Shown here piece after piece: positions 30,212 to 41,207 of a stretch of 64,000 bases of DNA (its first letter is position 1; the number at the start of each line of letters is the position of its first letter). The stretch covers positions 256,001 to 320,000 of the forward strand of contig CAVXTM010000018.1 in NCBI GenBank assembly GCA_963764725.1, written 5' to 3'. The notes beneath the pieces were generated by a model. The model ran no database searches. It was not told the DNA's origin and worked only from the letters and a program-made list of their open reading frames with translations. The translations under genes and the position numbers were made by a program. This stretch comes from an uncultured Gammaproteobacteria bacterium. Lineage in GTDB: Bacteria; Pseudomonadota; Gammaproteobacteria; JACCXJ01.

Positions 30212-30400
30212 TCAATGAAAACCGACCAGGAGCAAGACGCCGAGCAGCATACAGGTCAGCCCCGCGAAGCGTAGCGTTGCATCGTCTAAGCGGGCCGCCT
30301 GCACCATGAAGCGCCGAAAGGCGTCGGGGTTCAAAAAAGGGGCGATGCCTTCGAGGACCAGCATCAGGCCAAGGGCAACCGCGAATTCTTGCCACATCAC
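30212..30400 (-). CDS. DUF2065 (YjeT) small membrane protein
   Basis: ALGLMLVLEGIAPFLNP...LRFAGL; conserved position after hflC. Confidence 0.9.
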   Translation of the reverse strand: MMWQEFAVALGLMLVLEGIAPFLNPDAFRRFMVQAARLDDATLRFAGLTCMLLGVLLLVGFH

Positions 30401-30478
30401 AGCGTTAACCGTGCCTTAGCTTGCGCGAACGGTCCGGCGCCGATGGGGGGGGACGGGAGGGGACGGCGAAAGCGGCGC

Positions 30479-31342
30479 TTATGGGCTTGCCGGGCTCTTA
30501 AAATAGTTGAAGAAATCCGACGTCGGATCGAGCAATAAAATATCCTGATTCTTGCCGAAGCTTTTCTTGTAAGCGTTGAGGCTACGGTAAAAGGAATAGA
30601 ACTCTTCATTGCGTCCATAGCCGCCGGCGTAAGTCTCGGCGGATTTGGCGTCTCCCTCGCCGCGGGTCTGTTCTGCTTCCCGGTACGCGTCCGCCAAGAT
30701 CACCGTGCGATCACGGTCCGCGGCGGCGCGAATGCGCTCCGCCGCCTCGGCCCCTTCGGAGCGAAGCTGGCCCGCGACCCGCGCGCGCTCGGCGCGCATG
30801 CGGTCATACACCGCGCTGCTCACGTCGTCGGGAAGGTTGATGCGCTTGGTGCGCACATCCACCACCTTCACCCCGAACTCATGCCCCTTCTCGCGCGCCG
30901 CTTTGGTGACGATGTCGGTGACATCGCCGCGAGTCTCCGCCACGACTTCTTTCACGGTGCGCTTACTGAACTCCTGGCGCAGACTATCGTTTATTTGCTG
31001 AAACAGGAGGTCGCGAGTGAAGGCCTCATCACCCCGGGTGCGTTTAAAGAAGGTTTCCACGTCTTCGATCCTCCACTTAACGAACGCATCGACGATGAGG
31101 AATTTTTTCTCCTTGGTGATGAACCGCGCCGGCTCGGATTCTAAATACATCAAACGCCTCGGGAATCTACGCACCGTATTCACCACCGGGATCATGAAAT
31201 GCAATCCGGGCTCGAAATCCGAACGCTGTATTTCCTCGAACTTGAAAAGAATCGCAAACTCCCGCTGGTCCAAGGTGAAAAGCGAGAACCACCCTATAAT
31301 CGCAATCAACACCAGCGGTACTATAATCTTAGCGTCAAGCAT
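30479..31342 (-). CDS. hflC: FtsH modulator HflC
   Basis: SPFH domain, RMRAER, EFYSFYRSLNAY. Confidence 0.95.
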   Translation of the reverse strand: MLDAKIIVPLVLIAIIGWFSLFTLDQREFAILFKFEEIQRSDFEPGLHFMIPVVNTVRRFPRRLMYLESEPARFITKEKKFLIVDAFVKWRIEDVETFFKRTRGDEAFTRDLLFQQINDSLRQEFSKRTVKEVVAETRGDVTDIVTKAAREKGHEFGVKVVDVRTKRINLPDDVSSAVYDRMRAERARVAGQLRSEGAEAAERIRAAADRDRTVILADAYREAEQTRGEGDAKSAETYAGGYGRNEEFYSFYRSLNAYKKSFGKNQDILLLDPTSDFFNYFKSPASP

Positions 31343-32506
31343 TAACGTGTCCTGCGGATCCGCCGTTCATCCCGTTCCGGCAGCTCCCGCTCGGAGACCA
31401 AAGGCTCGGGCTCCGGGAGCGCGTTCGATTCCGTCACAACGGCAGGAGAATTTAAACGCTCTCGATGCTCGAATAGTTTATCGAGCGGTAAATAGACGAG
31501 GTTATTACCGCCTTCGGTATCCAATAACACCTTCGGGGCGTTCGAGAGCACCGATTCCATGGCATCGAGATACAAGCGCTCTCGGGTGATCTGGGGCGCT
31601 TTTTCGTATTCCACCAAGAGCTGTACGAAGCGGCTGGCGTCGCCTTCGGCCTCGGCGATCACCCTCGCCTTATAGGCGTGCGAATCCGCCAACACGCGGG
31701 CTGCGCTGCCGCGCGCCTTGGGGATGATGTCATTACGATAGGTCTCGGCTTCGTTGATCTGACGTTGTTCATCCTCGCGTGCTTTGATGGCGTCGTCAAA
31801 GGCGCTCTTGACCTCCTCGGGGGGTTTCGCCGCTTGCATGTTGACGCTGGTGACTACCATCCCTGCCTGATAAGTATCCAGTAGACTTTGGATATCGACT
31901 TGTATTTGGTTTGCTACCGCGCCGCGCCCCTCGGTGAGCACGAAATCCATGTTGTTCTTGCCGATGACCGCGCGTATCATGCTCTCCGTCGCCTGCTCGA
32001 CCGTACGATCGGGAGCGAGGACGTTAAACGAGTAATCCTTTACGTCCTTCACGCGGTAAAAAACCGTAAACTCGACATCCACGATGTTTTCATCTTTGGT
32101 GAGAATCGACGCGTTGTGAGCTATCGAGCGGGTCTGCTCGACATTGACGAGCTCGACACGCTCGATGGGTCTCGGCCAACGGATATTCAAGCCCGGATCC
32201 AAGGTCGCGACATAAGCGGCCAAAGCGAAACACGATGCCTTGTTCCTGCTGCTTGACCACGTAGGTCATGTTCCAACCGATGACGATGACAAGGATGAGC
32301 GCAATGCCGGCCCAGGTGCCCCGACCCGGCGCGCCGCGGGCCGACCACGGACCGCTTCCGCCCCCGGTGGCGCCACCACCGAACAGCCCTTTGAGCTTTG
32401 CTTGCAGCTTCCGGATCACCTCATCGAGATCGGGCGGGCCGCCCTGGCGTCCGCGATTACCCCACGGATCGCGGTCCTTACCGCCCCCCGGCTCATTCCA
32501 GGCCAT
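31342..32506 (-). CDS. hflK: FtsH modulator HflK (single +1 frameshift near 32218)
   Basis: MAWNEPGG...GPPDLDE N-terminus and an SPFH domain split across two frames at GIVFRFG / YVATLDPG. Confidence 0.9.
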
Positions 32507-32541
32507 CGTTTAGTCACTCCGCGCGCTCATGTGGGTGGGTA

Positions 32542-33849
32542 TCATACGGGCCTCGGCATGCCGCCGCAAGTTATCGGTGCCGGCTCACCATCCTCGCAAC
32601 AGAGGGTTTCAAAGCGACGCCGGCTCATTGCGATGTCAAGCAACCATCCCCCCTCGCGTGCGTGGCGTTCGCCGCGGACAACGCCTTCGGCATAGAGCCG
32701 CGCGCGTAGTCTTGCCGCCGCAACCGGTAGTTGCAGCCATCCGCGCAAACAGTCTCCAGCTAGGTGCTCGCCGATGGCTTGCTGGAGGGTATCCAGACCT
32801 TCCCCGGTGAAAGCGGAGATCCACACACGCCGCATCGATCCATCGCCTTCGTGTTGACGCGCGGAAGCGCCGCTCTCGGCCCGGCAGCGATCGATCTTGT
32901 TAAATGCCTCGATCTGGTGCACGGTGTCCGCATGGAGATCGCGTATGATCTGCGCCACCTGCAGCCTCTGTTCATCTCTGAGCACGGTAGGCAGACTGGC
33001 ATCGACCACATGGATGAGCAAGTCCGCGTGCCGTAGCTCTTCCAGGGTGGCGCGAAACGCCGCCACCAGTTCATGCGGGAGGTCTTTGATGAAACCGACG
33101 CTGTCCCCGAGAACCACCGTGCCGGCTAAGGGCGCCTCTAAGCGCCGCAAGGTCGGATCCAGGGTCGCGAACAGGATATCCGCGGCGTAAACCGAAGCAC
33201 CGGTAAGGCGGTTAAATAAGGTTGATTTACCGGCATTGGTGTATCCGACCAAGAGTACGGTCGGCACGGCGGCCTTGCGGCGCGCCCGGCCTTGCAACTC
33301 GCGTTGATGGCGTATCTCCTCAAGCTGGCGGGTAAGCCGCTTAATGCGCTGCCGCACCCAGCGCCGATCGGATTCTAATTGGGTTTCGCCGGGTCCGCGC
33401 AGCCCGATACCGCCGCGCTGACGTTCCAAGTGACTCCATCCCCGAACCAGGCGTGTCGAGAGGTGCTGAAGTTGCGCCAGTTCAACTTGCAGCTTGCCCT
33501 CAAAGGTTCGCGCGCGCTGGGCGAAGATATCGAGGATGAGATCGGTACGATCGACGACCCGGCAGCCCACGAGGCGTTCTAGATTACGCTCTTGGGCGGC
33601 ACTCACTGCGCGGTTTACGATCACGACGTCCGCGCAGGTCTCCGCAACGAGGGCGCTCAACTCCTCGGCCTTACCGGCGCCGAGAAGATATTTCGCATTG
33701 GGGGCGTCCCGCGCCACCAAGACGACGCCCGCGCACGCAGCCCCTGCCGAGGTAACAAGATCTCTAAATTCGTCTAGTGTCTCGTCCTCTCGGCCGGTTC
33801 CGTAGTGGACTAGGACCGCACGCTCGCCTTTTTCGGGGCGTTCGAACAA
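32542..33849 (-). CDS. hflX: Ribosome-splitting GTPase HflX
   Basis: GPGETQLE, GYTNAGKST, LFATLDPT. Confidence 0.97.
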   Translation of the reverse strand: MFERPEKGERAVLVHYGTGREDETLDEFRDLVTSAGAACAGVVLVARDAPNAKYLLGAGKAEELSALVAETCADVVIVNRAVSAAQERNLERLVGCRVVDRTDLILDIFAQRARTFEGKLQVELAQLQHLSTRLVRGWSHLERQRGGIGLRGPGETQLESDRRWVRQRIKRLTRQLEEIRHQRELQGRARRKAAVPTVLLVGYTNAGKSTLFNRLTGASVYAADILFATLDPTLRRLEAPLAGTVVLGDSVGFIKDLPHELVAAFRATLEELRHADLLIHVVDASLPTVLRDEQRLQVAQIIRDLHADTVHQIEAFNKIDRCRAESGASARQHEGDGSMRRVWISAFTGEGLDTLQQAIGEHLAGDCLRGWLQLPVAAARLRARLYAEGVVRGERHAREGGWLLDIAMSRRRFETLCCEDGEPAPITCGGMPRPV

Positions 33850-33879
33850 CGGGATTGGTACAAACCTGTAAGGGCCTGA

Positions 33880-34122
33880 TTATTCTTGCGGCGACTCTTC
33901 TTCCTCGCGCGGCAACCGCACCGGTTTCGACGGTACGATCGTGGAGATAGCGTGTTTATATACCATCTGGCTGACGGAATTTTTCAGCAACACGACAAAC
34001 TGATCGAACGACTCGATCTGCCCCTGAAGCTTGATGCCATTGACCAGATAGATGGACACAGGAACATGTTCTTTACGCAACGTATTGAGGAACGGCTCTT
34101 GTAATGACTGGCCTTTACTCAT
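33880..34122 (-). CDS. hfq: RNA chaperone Hfq
   Basis: [22 protein letters not shown]. Confidence 0.98.
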   Translation of the reverse strand: MSKGQSLQEPFLNTLRKEHVPVSIYLVNGIKLQGQIESFDQFVVLLKNSVSQMVYKHAISTIVPSKPVRLPREEEESPQE

Positions 34123-34406
34123 TATCTACCCCTCCTGCTTCAATTTTTTTCGTGTTCTTCAAATCACGCCCTTCCTTCTCGGGAGTAAAGCGCCGTACTA
34201 CCTCGCTTCTTCCCTATCCGCCGCCCGCGCATAGGTTCCTCCGAAGATGTAGTCTATCTGATTACGCGAGTAACGAAAAATTTCGTGCGCCCTTACTTAA
34301 TGTGCACTCTTAATTTTCATCGACAGCCTATTGTTAAGTTATGCAATGACTGAGCGCATCATTTCCTGCTAGCGGCCGGTGTGATCGCCCCTTGTCACGC
34401 ACCTAG

Positions 34407-35357
34407 CTAGGACGGGCATGAGCCCGCGACGGCGTGCTGGCCGAGAAAGGTCACGACGTTGTGGCGCAGACGGGGATCATCGCTCATGAACCAGTGAGCG
34501 TAGCGTTCCGCGCGTAACCACGTCAATTGGCGTTTTGCGAGCTGCCGCGTCGCGGTGACGGCGCGCTCGATCATCGTCTCATAGTCAAACTGTCCCTCCA
34601 GGTATTGCCACACCTGGCGGTAGCCCACCAACCGCATCGACGGTAACGCCGCGGTGAGATCCCCCCGCGAATACAGGCCCTCGACTTCATCTACGAGACC
34701 GCGATCGAGCATGTGCCGAAAACGGGTCCGCAAACGCCGGTGCAAATCCATCCGATCCCCGGGTGCCATGACCAGCTTGAGCGCCCGGTATGGCAGCGGC
34801 TGCCGGGTATCTTTCCGTAGCAGTTCGGTGAGGGTCTTGCCGGACACCTCGCAAACTTCCAGAGCCCGTTGAATGCGCTGCACGTCGTGCGGGTGTATGC
34901 GCGCGGCGGCGCGCGGGTCGAGTGTCGCAAGTTGCTCATGCAAAGCATCCCAGCCTTGCTTGGACGCCTCTCGGACGATCCGTGCGCGCACCTCCGTATC
35001 GGCGCTCGGGAGCGCCGAAATACCCTCGTCGAGCGCCCGAAAATAAAGACCGGTTCCTCCGACCAACAAGGGCACCCGCCCTCCCTTAAAGACCGTGTCC
35101 AGCTCGCGCAGCGCGTCGGCGCGAAACTCCGCCGCCGAATAAGTTTCCCCGGGGTCACGGATATCGATGAGGCTATGCGGTGTGCGGGCCAGAACTTCCA
35201 GGCTAGGCTTTGCGGTGCCGATGTCCATTCCGCGGTAGATCATTCCCGAATCGACGCTGATTAACCGGCATGGAAGCGCCGCGGCCAGATCGACAGCCAG
35301 CGCAGTCTTTCCTACGCCCGTGGGGCCCATGAGAAAAATCGCGGCCGGCACCGGCAT
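34407..35357 (-). CDS. miaA: tRNA dimethylallyltransferase
   Basis: GPTGVGKT, DSGMIYRGMDIGTAKP, AKRQLTW. Confidence 0.97.
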   Translation of the reverse strand: MPVPAAIFLMGPTGVGKTALAVDLAAALPCRLISVDSGMIYRGMDIGTAKPSLEVLARTPHSLIDIRDPGETYSAAEFRADALRELDTVFKGGRVPLLVGGTGLYFRALDEGISALPSADTEVRARIVREASKQGWDALHEQLATLDPRAAARIHPHDVQRIQRALEVCEVSGKTLTELLRKDTRQPLPYRALKLVMAPGDRMDLHRRLRTRFRHMLDRGLVDEVEGLYSRGDLTAALPSMRLVGYRQVWQYLEGQFDYETMIERAVTATRQLAKRQLTWLRAERYAHWFMSDDPRLRHNVVTFLGQHAVAGSCPS

Positions 35358-35362
35358 CCCAC

Positions 35363-37087
35363 TTACTCGACCGGATGCTCGTCGGGTTCACGCAGCCTGC
35401 CTGCAATCAGGGATGACAGTTCCTGACTGGTCAGTTGCCGCCACAGGCCGTGGGCCGCGCCGGGGTGTCCCAGACCCAGACTCTCCATCTCACGCAGCAT
35501 GCCGTCCCAGTGGCCGAGGGTTCTCGAAGCGAGCGCCAGGGTTGCACCATGCGTCGCTAAGGCGTCGCAAAGCGCCCGTTCTAGCGCCGCTTCAGGATCG
35601 TCTGGCTTAGCCAGGATCACCGCGATATCTTGGATCAAGCGTTCGCCGTCGCAGCCGCGCAAAAGCGCTGGTATGCGCCGCACGATGATGGTACGGGGGC
35701 CTCCGCGATCGATTTCCAACCCCAAGCGCTTCAATAAGCGCGTGTGACCGAGGACCCGCTCAACCTCCGCGGGCGACACGCTGACCGGTTGTGGGAGCAG
35801 CAAGGGTTGGGAGCAAACCGGGTGGCCCGGGCACGCCGATCGGATGTGCGAGGCAATCAAGCGCCGCAGCGCGCACTCGGCATCGATGACCACCAATCCC
35901 AGGGCATTTTCCGCAAGCAGATAGCGCTGCTTCAACAATGCAATGACGCGTCCGAGTGGCGCACCGAGAGAATCCGGGCCGGCCTCCGGACTTTGAGCCT
36001 GCACATAGGTGGGACGCGCCTGGTTAACGCCAGGCGGCGGCGCAAACTTATGCGCCGCGTTGTCCCTTAAGCGAGAGCACTCACTGCCTGAATCTGTAAG
36101 CGCGCGCTTCACCGCGCTATAGACAAAATCATGAATTAGCCGAGATTGACCAAACCGGACCTCGTACTTGGCGGGATGCACATTGACATCGACCGCGCCC
36201 GCTTCCATCTCCAAGAAAACGATAAAGGCCGGTTCTACGCCTGGAGGTTGCGTATCTTCATACGCCCGGCGGATGGCATGGTTAACCGTGCGATCACGCA
36301 AGATTCGACCGTTCACATAAAAGTATTGAATACTCGGATCTCCCGCTTGCGGGAGCGCCGCCCAACCCCAGGCGCGGATCCCGTCGCTTGTCAGATCGAA
36401 GGAAGCCGCACGCCCCGTAAAGCGATCGCCGGCTAATTCTTGCACCCGAGACTCGCTCTTAGGTTCTGTCGAGCGAAGATTGAGCACGGCGCGGCCGTTA
36501 TTGAGTAAGCGAAAAGCCACGGTGCAGCGGCTTATCGCGATGCGCTTCAGCAACTCCTGTATGTGCAGGAATTCGGTGCGCTCGCGGCGCAGAAATTTTC
36601 GCCGCGCAGGGGTGTTGAACATGAGATCGCGGACGGTAACCGAAGTCCCGGGCGGATGGGCCGTCGGCCGAGGATCGGAAGACCGCGCGGCGCCTTCCAT
36701 ATCGAGGGCCCAGCCAATGTCTGAACCCGCGGTACGCGACGCCAGCGTCAGCTTGGAGACAGCCCCGATACTCGGCAAGGCCTCGCCCCGAAATCCGAGG
36801 CTGGTAATTGCATAGAGGTCTTCCGCACGCTGGAGCTTGCTCGTGGCATGACGGCGGAGGGCGAGCGCGAGATCCTCGGGTGCTATCCCGCAACCGTCGT
36901 CACGCACCCGGATAAGGCCTATTCCGCCCCCTTCGATCTCAATCTCAATGCGTTTAGCCCCGGCGTCGAGGCTATTTTCAATAAGCTCTTTGACCACCGA
37001 CGCGGGACGCTCGATGATCTCCCCGGCGGCGATTTGATTGATGACATCATCCGTCAATAAACGAATCCGGCCAGGCGCGATCGGCAT
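35363..37087 (-). CDS. mutL: DNA mismatch repair protein MutL
   Basis: NQIAAGEIIERPASVVKELIENSLDAG, GFRGEAL, DVNVHPAK. Confidence 0.97.
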   Translation of the reverse strand: MPIAPGRIRLLTDDVINQIAAGEIIERPASVVKELIENSLDAGAKRIEIEIEGGGIGLIRVRDDGCGIAPEDLALALRRHATSKLQRAEDLYAITSLGFRGEALPSIGAVSKLTLASRTAGSDIGWALDMEGAARSSDPRPTAHPPGTSVTVRDLMFNTPARRKFLRRERTEFLHIQELLKRIAISRCTVAFRLLNNGRAVLNLRSTEPKSESRVQELAGDRFTGRAASFDLTSDGIRAWGWAALPQAGDPSIQYFYVNGRILRDRTVNHAIRRAYEDTQPPGVEPAFIVFLEMEAGAVDVNVHPAKYEVRFGQSRLIHDFVYSAVKRALTDSGSECSRLRDNAAHKFAPPPGVNQARPTYVQAQSPEAGPDSLGAPLGRVIALLKQRYLLAENALGLVVIDAECALRRLIASHIRSACPGHPVCSQPLLLPQPVSVSPAEVERVLGHTRLLKRLGLEIDRGGPRTIIVRRIPALLRGCDGERLIQDIAVILAKPDDPEAALERALCDALATHGATLALASRTLGHWDGMLREMESLGLGHPGAAHGLWRQLTSQELSSLIAGRLREPDEHPVE

Positions 37088-37197
37088 AGCCGATAGTATA
37101 GGTGACGCCCTGCCTTAGGGGGATGCGTGTCGCGTGTACGTGCGCTAGCGTTCGCCGTTTTTGATCCAGCTATGCTTGCCGCACGGACGTGATCGCG

Positions 37198-38385
37198 CTA
37201 ACGCAGGGCGCGCGGGGTCAACGCCCTCGCGTCGCTCAGTGTGTCCTTGTGCATGGCGAGCAGCGTCCCGGGCGGAGCCGCCTCCAGGAAATACGCCCGG
37301 ATACCGTCCAAGATGGCTGCCGCCAGGGCCCCTTGATGGCGTGGATCCGTGAGTTTGCTTTCTTCGAGCGGATTGGTAATGAAGGCCGTCTCCACCAAAA
37401 CGGAGGGGATATCGGGCGATTTCAAGACGGCGAAGCCCGCCCGCTGAACGCCCTGATGGTGGATTTTTCCAAGCCGCTTCAGGCGTTGTAGAACGCGGCC
37501 GCCGACGTTCACGCTGGCGTCGATGGCCGCGGTCTGGGATAGATCGAGCAACACCTTTCGCAACAACTCGTCTTTGTCGTCGAGACTGACCCCGCCGACC
37601 AGATCGGAGGCATTCTCCCGCTCCGCGAGCCAGCGCGCCGCTTCGCTGCTAGCGCCGTGCCTGGAAAGCACATAGACCGACGAACCACTGGCCTGCGGAT
37701 CGCGAAACGCATCGGCGTGGATCGACACAAATAGATCGGCCTTATGCTGGCGCGCGCGCTTGATGCGATTCCGAAGGCTTATGAAATAATCCCCATCGCG
37801 AATGAGCACCGCGCGCATTCCGCGTTCGTCGTTGACCCGGTGGGCAAGCTTGCGGGCAATGGCCAAAACGACCTGCTTTTCGCGCGCACCCCGCTTCCCT
37901 ATCGCCCCCGGATCTTCGCCTCCGTGACCGGCATCGATGGCAATCACGACGTTCCTTAAGCGCAACTGTTCGAAAGTCAGTAGGGCCACCTGCGGCGCCA
38001 CCGCCTCCTGGCCCAGGAGGTCCACGACCAACCGGTGGCCGTAGGGCCGCTGGGGGGCAAGCGCAAATCCCTTGACCTCGGTTCGTTGCTTAAGGTCCAA
38101 CACCACCCGCAGTTTCCGTCCGTGCGGAGCGTATCGAATCGACTTCAAGAATTGATCCGCGGGATCCGATGGCGGCGGGGGTTTCACGAAGCGCCCGCCT
38201 TCGATGTCTAGCACCACGCGGTGCGGACGGGTCATCGTAAAAAGGTGGTAGTTCACCGGAGCGCTTAAATCGAAGACCACCCGCGTATTATCAGGGGCCG
38301 CCCACATGCGTGGGCCGCTAATACTGGTAGCCGCGTGGCAAGGGACGGCAATGCTTAAAAGAAGTGCAGCTAGGCCGCGTGGCAT
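37198..38385 (-). CDS. N-acetylmuramoyl-L-alanine amidase (AMIN + Amidase_3; AmiB/AmiC-like)
   Basis: IDAGHGGEDPGA, FVSIHAD, SVLVETAFITN. Confidence 0.93.
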   Translation of the reverse strand: MPRGLAALLLSIAVPCHAATSISGPRMWAAPDNTRVVFDLSAPVNYHLFTMTRPHRVVLDIEGGRFVKPPPPSDPADQFLKSIRYAPHGRKLRVVLDLKQRTEVKGFALAPQRPYGHRLVVDLLGQEAVAPQVALLTFEQLRLRNVVIAIDAGHGGEDPGAIGKRGAREKQVVLAIARKLAHRVNDERGMRAVLIRDGDYFISLRNRIKRARQHKADLFVSIHADAFRDPQASGSSVYVLSRHGASSEAARWLAERENASDLVGGVSLDDKDELLRKVLLDLSQTAAIDASVNVGGRVLQRLKRLGKIHHQGVQRAGFAVLKSPDIPSVLVETAFITNPLEESKLTDPRHQGALAAAILDGIRAYFLEAAPPGTLLAMHKDTLSDARALTPRALR

Positions 38386-38612
38386 TGGGAGCGACGCCGG
38401 GTTTATTGGTAGTTCTTATTTTGGTGAGTTATAGCATAAATATCAAGTCTTATGTAGAAATATACACTAACAGTATGAATTTTGGAATAAATATACTTTG
38501 CGTGCGGGATATGAACCCGCCTTGACCAAGGGGAGAGCTGCGCTTCTCCCCTTTGGAAACCCCATCGCTAAGGTACTCGCGGCAAGACCGCGGGCTATGC
38601 ATTTAATATATC

Positions 38613-39116
38613 CTACCGGTCGGTTTCAGGCACCCGAACTCTGGACCCGTCCCCGCTCATCCGCTTCAAGACCGCATTTCCCCATCCGCTGCAAGCCTTG
38701 ATGGCTATTTCACGCTGCTCCCCGGCCAGCGCGATGCGCAAGTGCAGGTCGGACTGTAATAGTCCCACCGCACCGCGTTCCGGCCATTCGATAAGACATA
38801 GCGCCTTCCCGTCAACAAAGTCGCGTACCCCGATAGCCTCGAGTTCGTCTGAACCCGCCAGGCGATATAGATCCAAATGATGGATGGAGCGCCCGCCAAT
38901 CGAATACGTCTCTACCAAGGTGTAGGTCGGGCTCTTGACCAAACCGCGATAGCCCAGAGCCTTCAATAGACCACGAACGAAGGTGGTCTTACCGGCGCCG
39001 AGATCACCGCTCAGGAACACCGTGCCCGCGCCGCGGCCAATCGCCCGCGCGAAGCGTGCAGCGAGCGCGTCCATCTCCGCTTCGGTGCCAATGCCACATC
39101 GCCAGTTGAGGCTCAC
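38613..39116 (-). CDS. tsaE: t6A biosynthesis ATPase TsaE
   Basis: GDLGAGKTT, SPTYTLVE, HLDLYRL, IEWPE. Confidence 0.96.
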   Translation of the reverse strand: MSLNWRCGIGTEAEMDALAARFARAIGRGAGTVFLSGDLGAGKTTFVRGLLKALGYRGLVKSPTYTLVETYSIGGRSIHHLDLYRLAGSDELEAIGVRDFVDGKALCLIEWPERGAVGLLQSDLHLRIALAGEQREIAIKACSGWGNAVLKRMSGDGSRVRVPETDR

Positions 39117-39137
39117 ACGGTCGTTCTAGGGCGGGTC

Positions 39138-40646
39138 TTACCAGACATCGCAGTGCGATTGTGTCGGATTCGCAAGATGTCGGAGATGGGGAAAGAGATC
39201 GCTCGCCAGCAACCCGCGTTGGCCCGCCGCGGCCGCCCGATCCCCCGCGCGCGCGTGTAAACAGGCGCCAAGCGCGGCCGCATCGAGGGAAGAAAGACCC
39301 TGCCCCAGCAACCCGGCGATGACCCCGGTGAGCACATCGCCCATCCCCCCGCTTGCCATGCCTGGATTACCGTAAGGGCAGAGGCTGATGTCCCCGTTCG
39401 GACCGCAGATAAGCGTACCGCATCCTTTGAGAATGACGACGCCGCCGTAACGGCGCTGCAGCTCCGCAACCGCCCGAAAGCGATCGGCTTGAACCTCCGC
39501 CACCGTCGTCCCCAGCAAACGCGCTGCTTCTCCCGGATGCGGTGTGAGCGTCCAAGTACTCTTAGCGATGGGGTCCAGGGCGATGAGATTCAAGGCATCG
39601 GCGTCCGCCACCATAGGCAACTCGCTCTCGATGACACGCGCGACGAGATTGACGGCCCACGATGAGCGGCCGAGACCGGGACCCAGCGCGATGACCGTGG
39701 CTTGCTCCAAAAGCCCCTTGATCTCCGCCGGCGTTTCCACCGGGTGGCACATGATCTCCGGGCGCGCCGCGCATAGCGTAGCAGCATGGGCCGCACGCGT
39801 GGCCAGGCTGACCAGTCCCGCGCCTACCCGCAACGCCGCTTCGGCGGCCATGCGGGCGGCTCCCGCGTACCCGATCTCTCCGCCGACCACCAGGATGTGG
39901 CCGAACCGTCCTTTATGGGAGTCGCGCGGCCGTTGTGGCATGAGGCGTCGCAACGGCCCTAATTCCAAGCGGCGGGCGGAGCACGGCACGCGTTCAAAGA
40001 CCGCGCCCGGCACGCTCAGGTCATCGTAATAGATCTCGCCGCAATGCTCGGGACCGGCGCGCGTGAACATACCCTGTTTGAGACCGATGAAGCTGACGGT
40101 CGCTTCGGCGCGCACCGCCGCCCCCATCACCGCCCCCGTATCGGCATTCAGTCCGGAAGGGATGTCGATCGACAGACGTGGGCGCGGCGACTGATTGACG
40201 GAATCAATGGCTAAGCGAAATTCATCGCGAACCTCGCGATCGAGGCCGGTACCGAGCATCGCATCCACCAACACTTCATGGCTGCTCAGAGACGAAGCAT
40301 CGAACGGCTGCGGCGCGAGGCCCGCAGCTAAGGCCGTCTCGGCCGCGGCGCGCGCATCGCCTTTGAGTGCGATATCGCCGACCTGCTCGATAGCGGCCGT
40401 CAAGCCCGCGCGCCGCGCTTCGCGCGCCAACACATAGCCGTCTCCGCCGTTATTACCGGGGCCACACAGAACGAGGATGCGGCTGGCCGCGGGCCAGCGG
40501 GTACGCAAAACCTCGAAAGCCGCGGCGCCGGCACGGTTCATTAAGATCAAACCCCCAATCTCGGTGCCCTCCATTGCCTCGCGATCGAGCGCCCGTACGG
40601 ACTCGGCGCGGTATAGTGCTAAGGGAAGCGATGAGCGTACGCGCAC
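39138..40646 (-). CDS. nnr: Bifunctional NAD(P)H-hydrate epimerase/dehydratase
   Basis: GPGNNGGDG, DIPSGL, TPHPGEAARLL, GGMGDVLTG. Confidence 0.95.
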   Translation of the reverse strand: MRVRSSLPLALYRAESVRALDREAMEGTEIGGLILMNRAGAAAFEVLRTRWPAASRILVLCGPGNNGGDGYVLAREARRAGLTAAIEQVGDIALKGDARAAAETALAAGLAPQPFDASSLSSHEVLVDAMLGTGLDREVRDEFRLAIDSVNQSPRPRLSIDIPSGLNADTGAVMGAAVRAEATVSFIGLKQGMFTRAGPEHCGEIYYDDLSVPGAVFERVPCSARRLELGPLRRLMPQRPRDSHKGRFGHILVVGGEIGYAGAARMAAEAALRVGAGLVSLATRAAHAATLCAARPEIMCHPVETPAEIKGLLEQATVIALGPGLGRSSWAVNLVARVIESELPMVADADALNLIALDPIAKSTWTLTPHPGEAARLLGTTVAEVQADRFRAVAELQRRYGGVVILKGCGTLICGPNGDISLCPYGNPGMASGGMGDVLTGVIAGLLGQGLSSLDAAALGACLHARAGDRAAAAGQRGLLASDLFPHLRHLANPTQSHCDVW

Positions 40647-40649
40647 GGA

Positions 40650-41207
40650 TTAAAGCTTGAACAGATGTTGGCGGTAATAGGCCAACTCGTCGATCGAGGC
40701 GAGGACATCTTCCAAGGCCCTATGATTGGAGTCTTTATCATAGGGTTTGAGATCGGGCGCCCAGCGCCGCGCGAGCTCCTTGAGGGTGCTGACATCGAGA
40801 TTGCGGTAATGAAAAAAACGCTCGAGCTCAGGCATCAGCCGGTGCAGAAAGCGCCGATCCTGACACACGCTGTTGCCGCACATGGGCGAGGCCGACGGCG
40901 CCACAAACTGGCGCACAAAATCCAAGCTCATCCGCTCCGCGGCCGCGACCGTCCATGAGCTTTGTCGGACCCGTTCCGATAGTCCCGATTTTGCGTGCTG
41001 TTTTTTGTTCCAGTCATCCATGGCGCCGAGCACCTCCGGGGGCTGATAGATCGAAAGCACGGGACCTTCCCCTAAAATTTGCAACTGGCCATCGGTCACG
41101 ACCGTCGCGATCTCGATAATGTGATCGGAAAGCGTATCGAGCCCGGTCATTTCCAGATCGATCCAGATGAGGTTGCCGGTTGATTGCGTCACGTATAGGG
41201 TGCTCAC
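40650..41207 (-). CDS. orn: Oligoribonuclease
   Basis: [28 protein letters not shown]. Confidence 0.97.
   Translation of the reverse strand: MSTLYVTQSTGNLIWIDLEMTGLDTLSDHIIEIATVVTDGQLQILGEGPVLSIYQPPEVLGAMDDWNKKQHAKSGLSERVRQSSWTVAAAERMSLDFVRQFVAPSASPMCGNSVCQDRRFLHRLMPELERFFHYRNLDVSTLKELARRWAPDLKPYDKDSNHRALEDVLASIDELAYYRQHLFKL

Noticed and set aside
32205-32230. Programmed frameshift in hflK
   Set aside because: No slippery heptamer or known precedent; an assembly indel or mutation is more likely.
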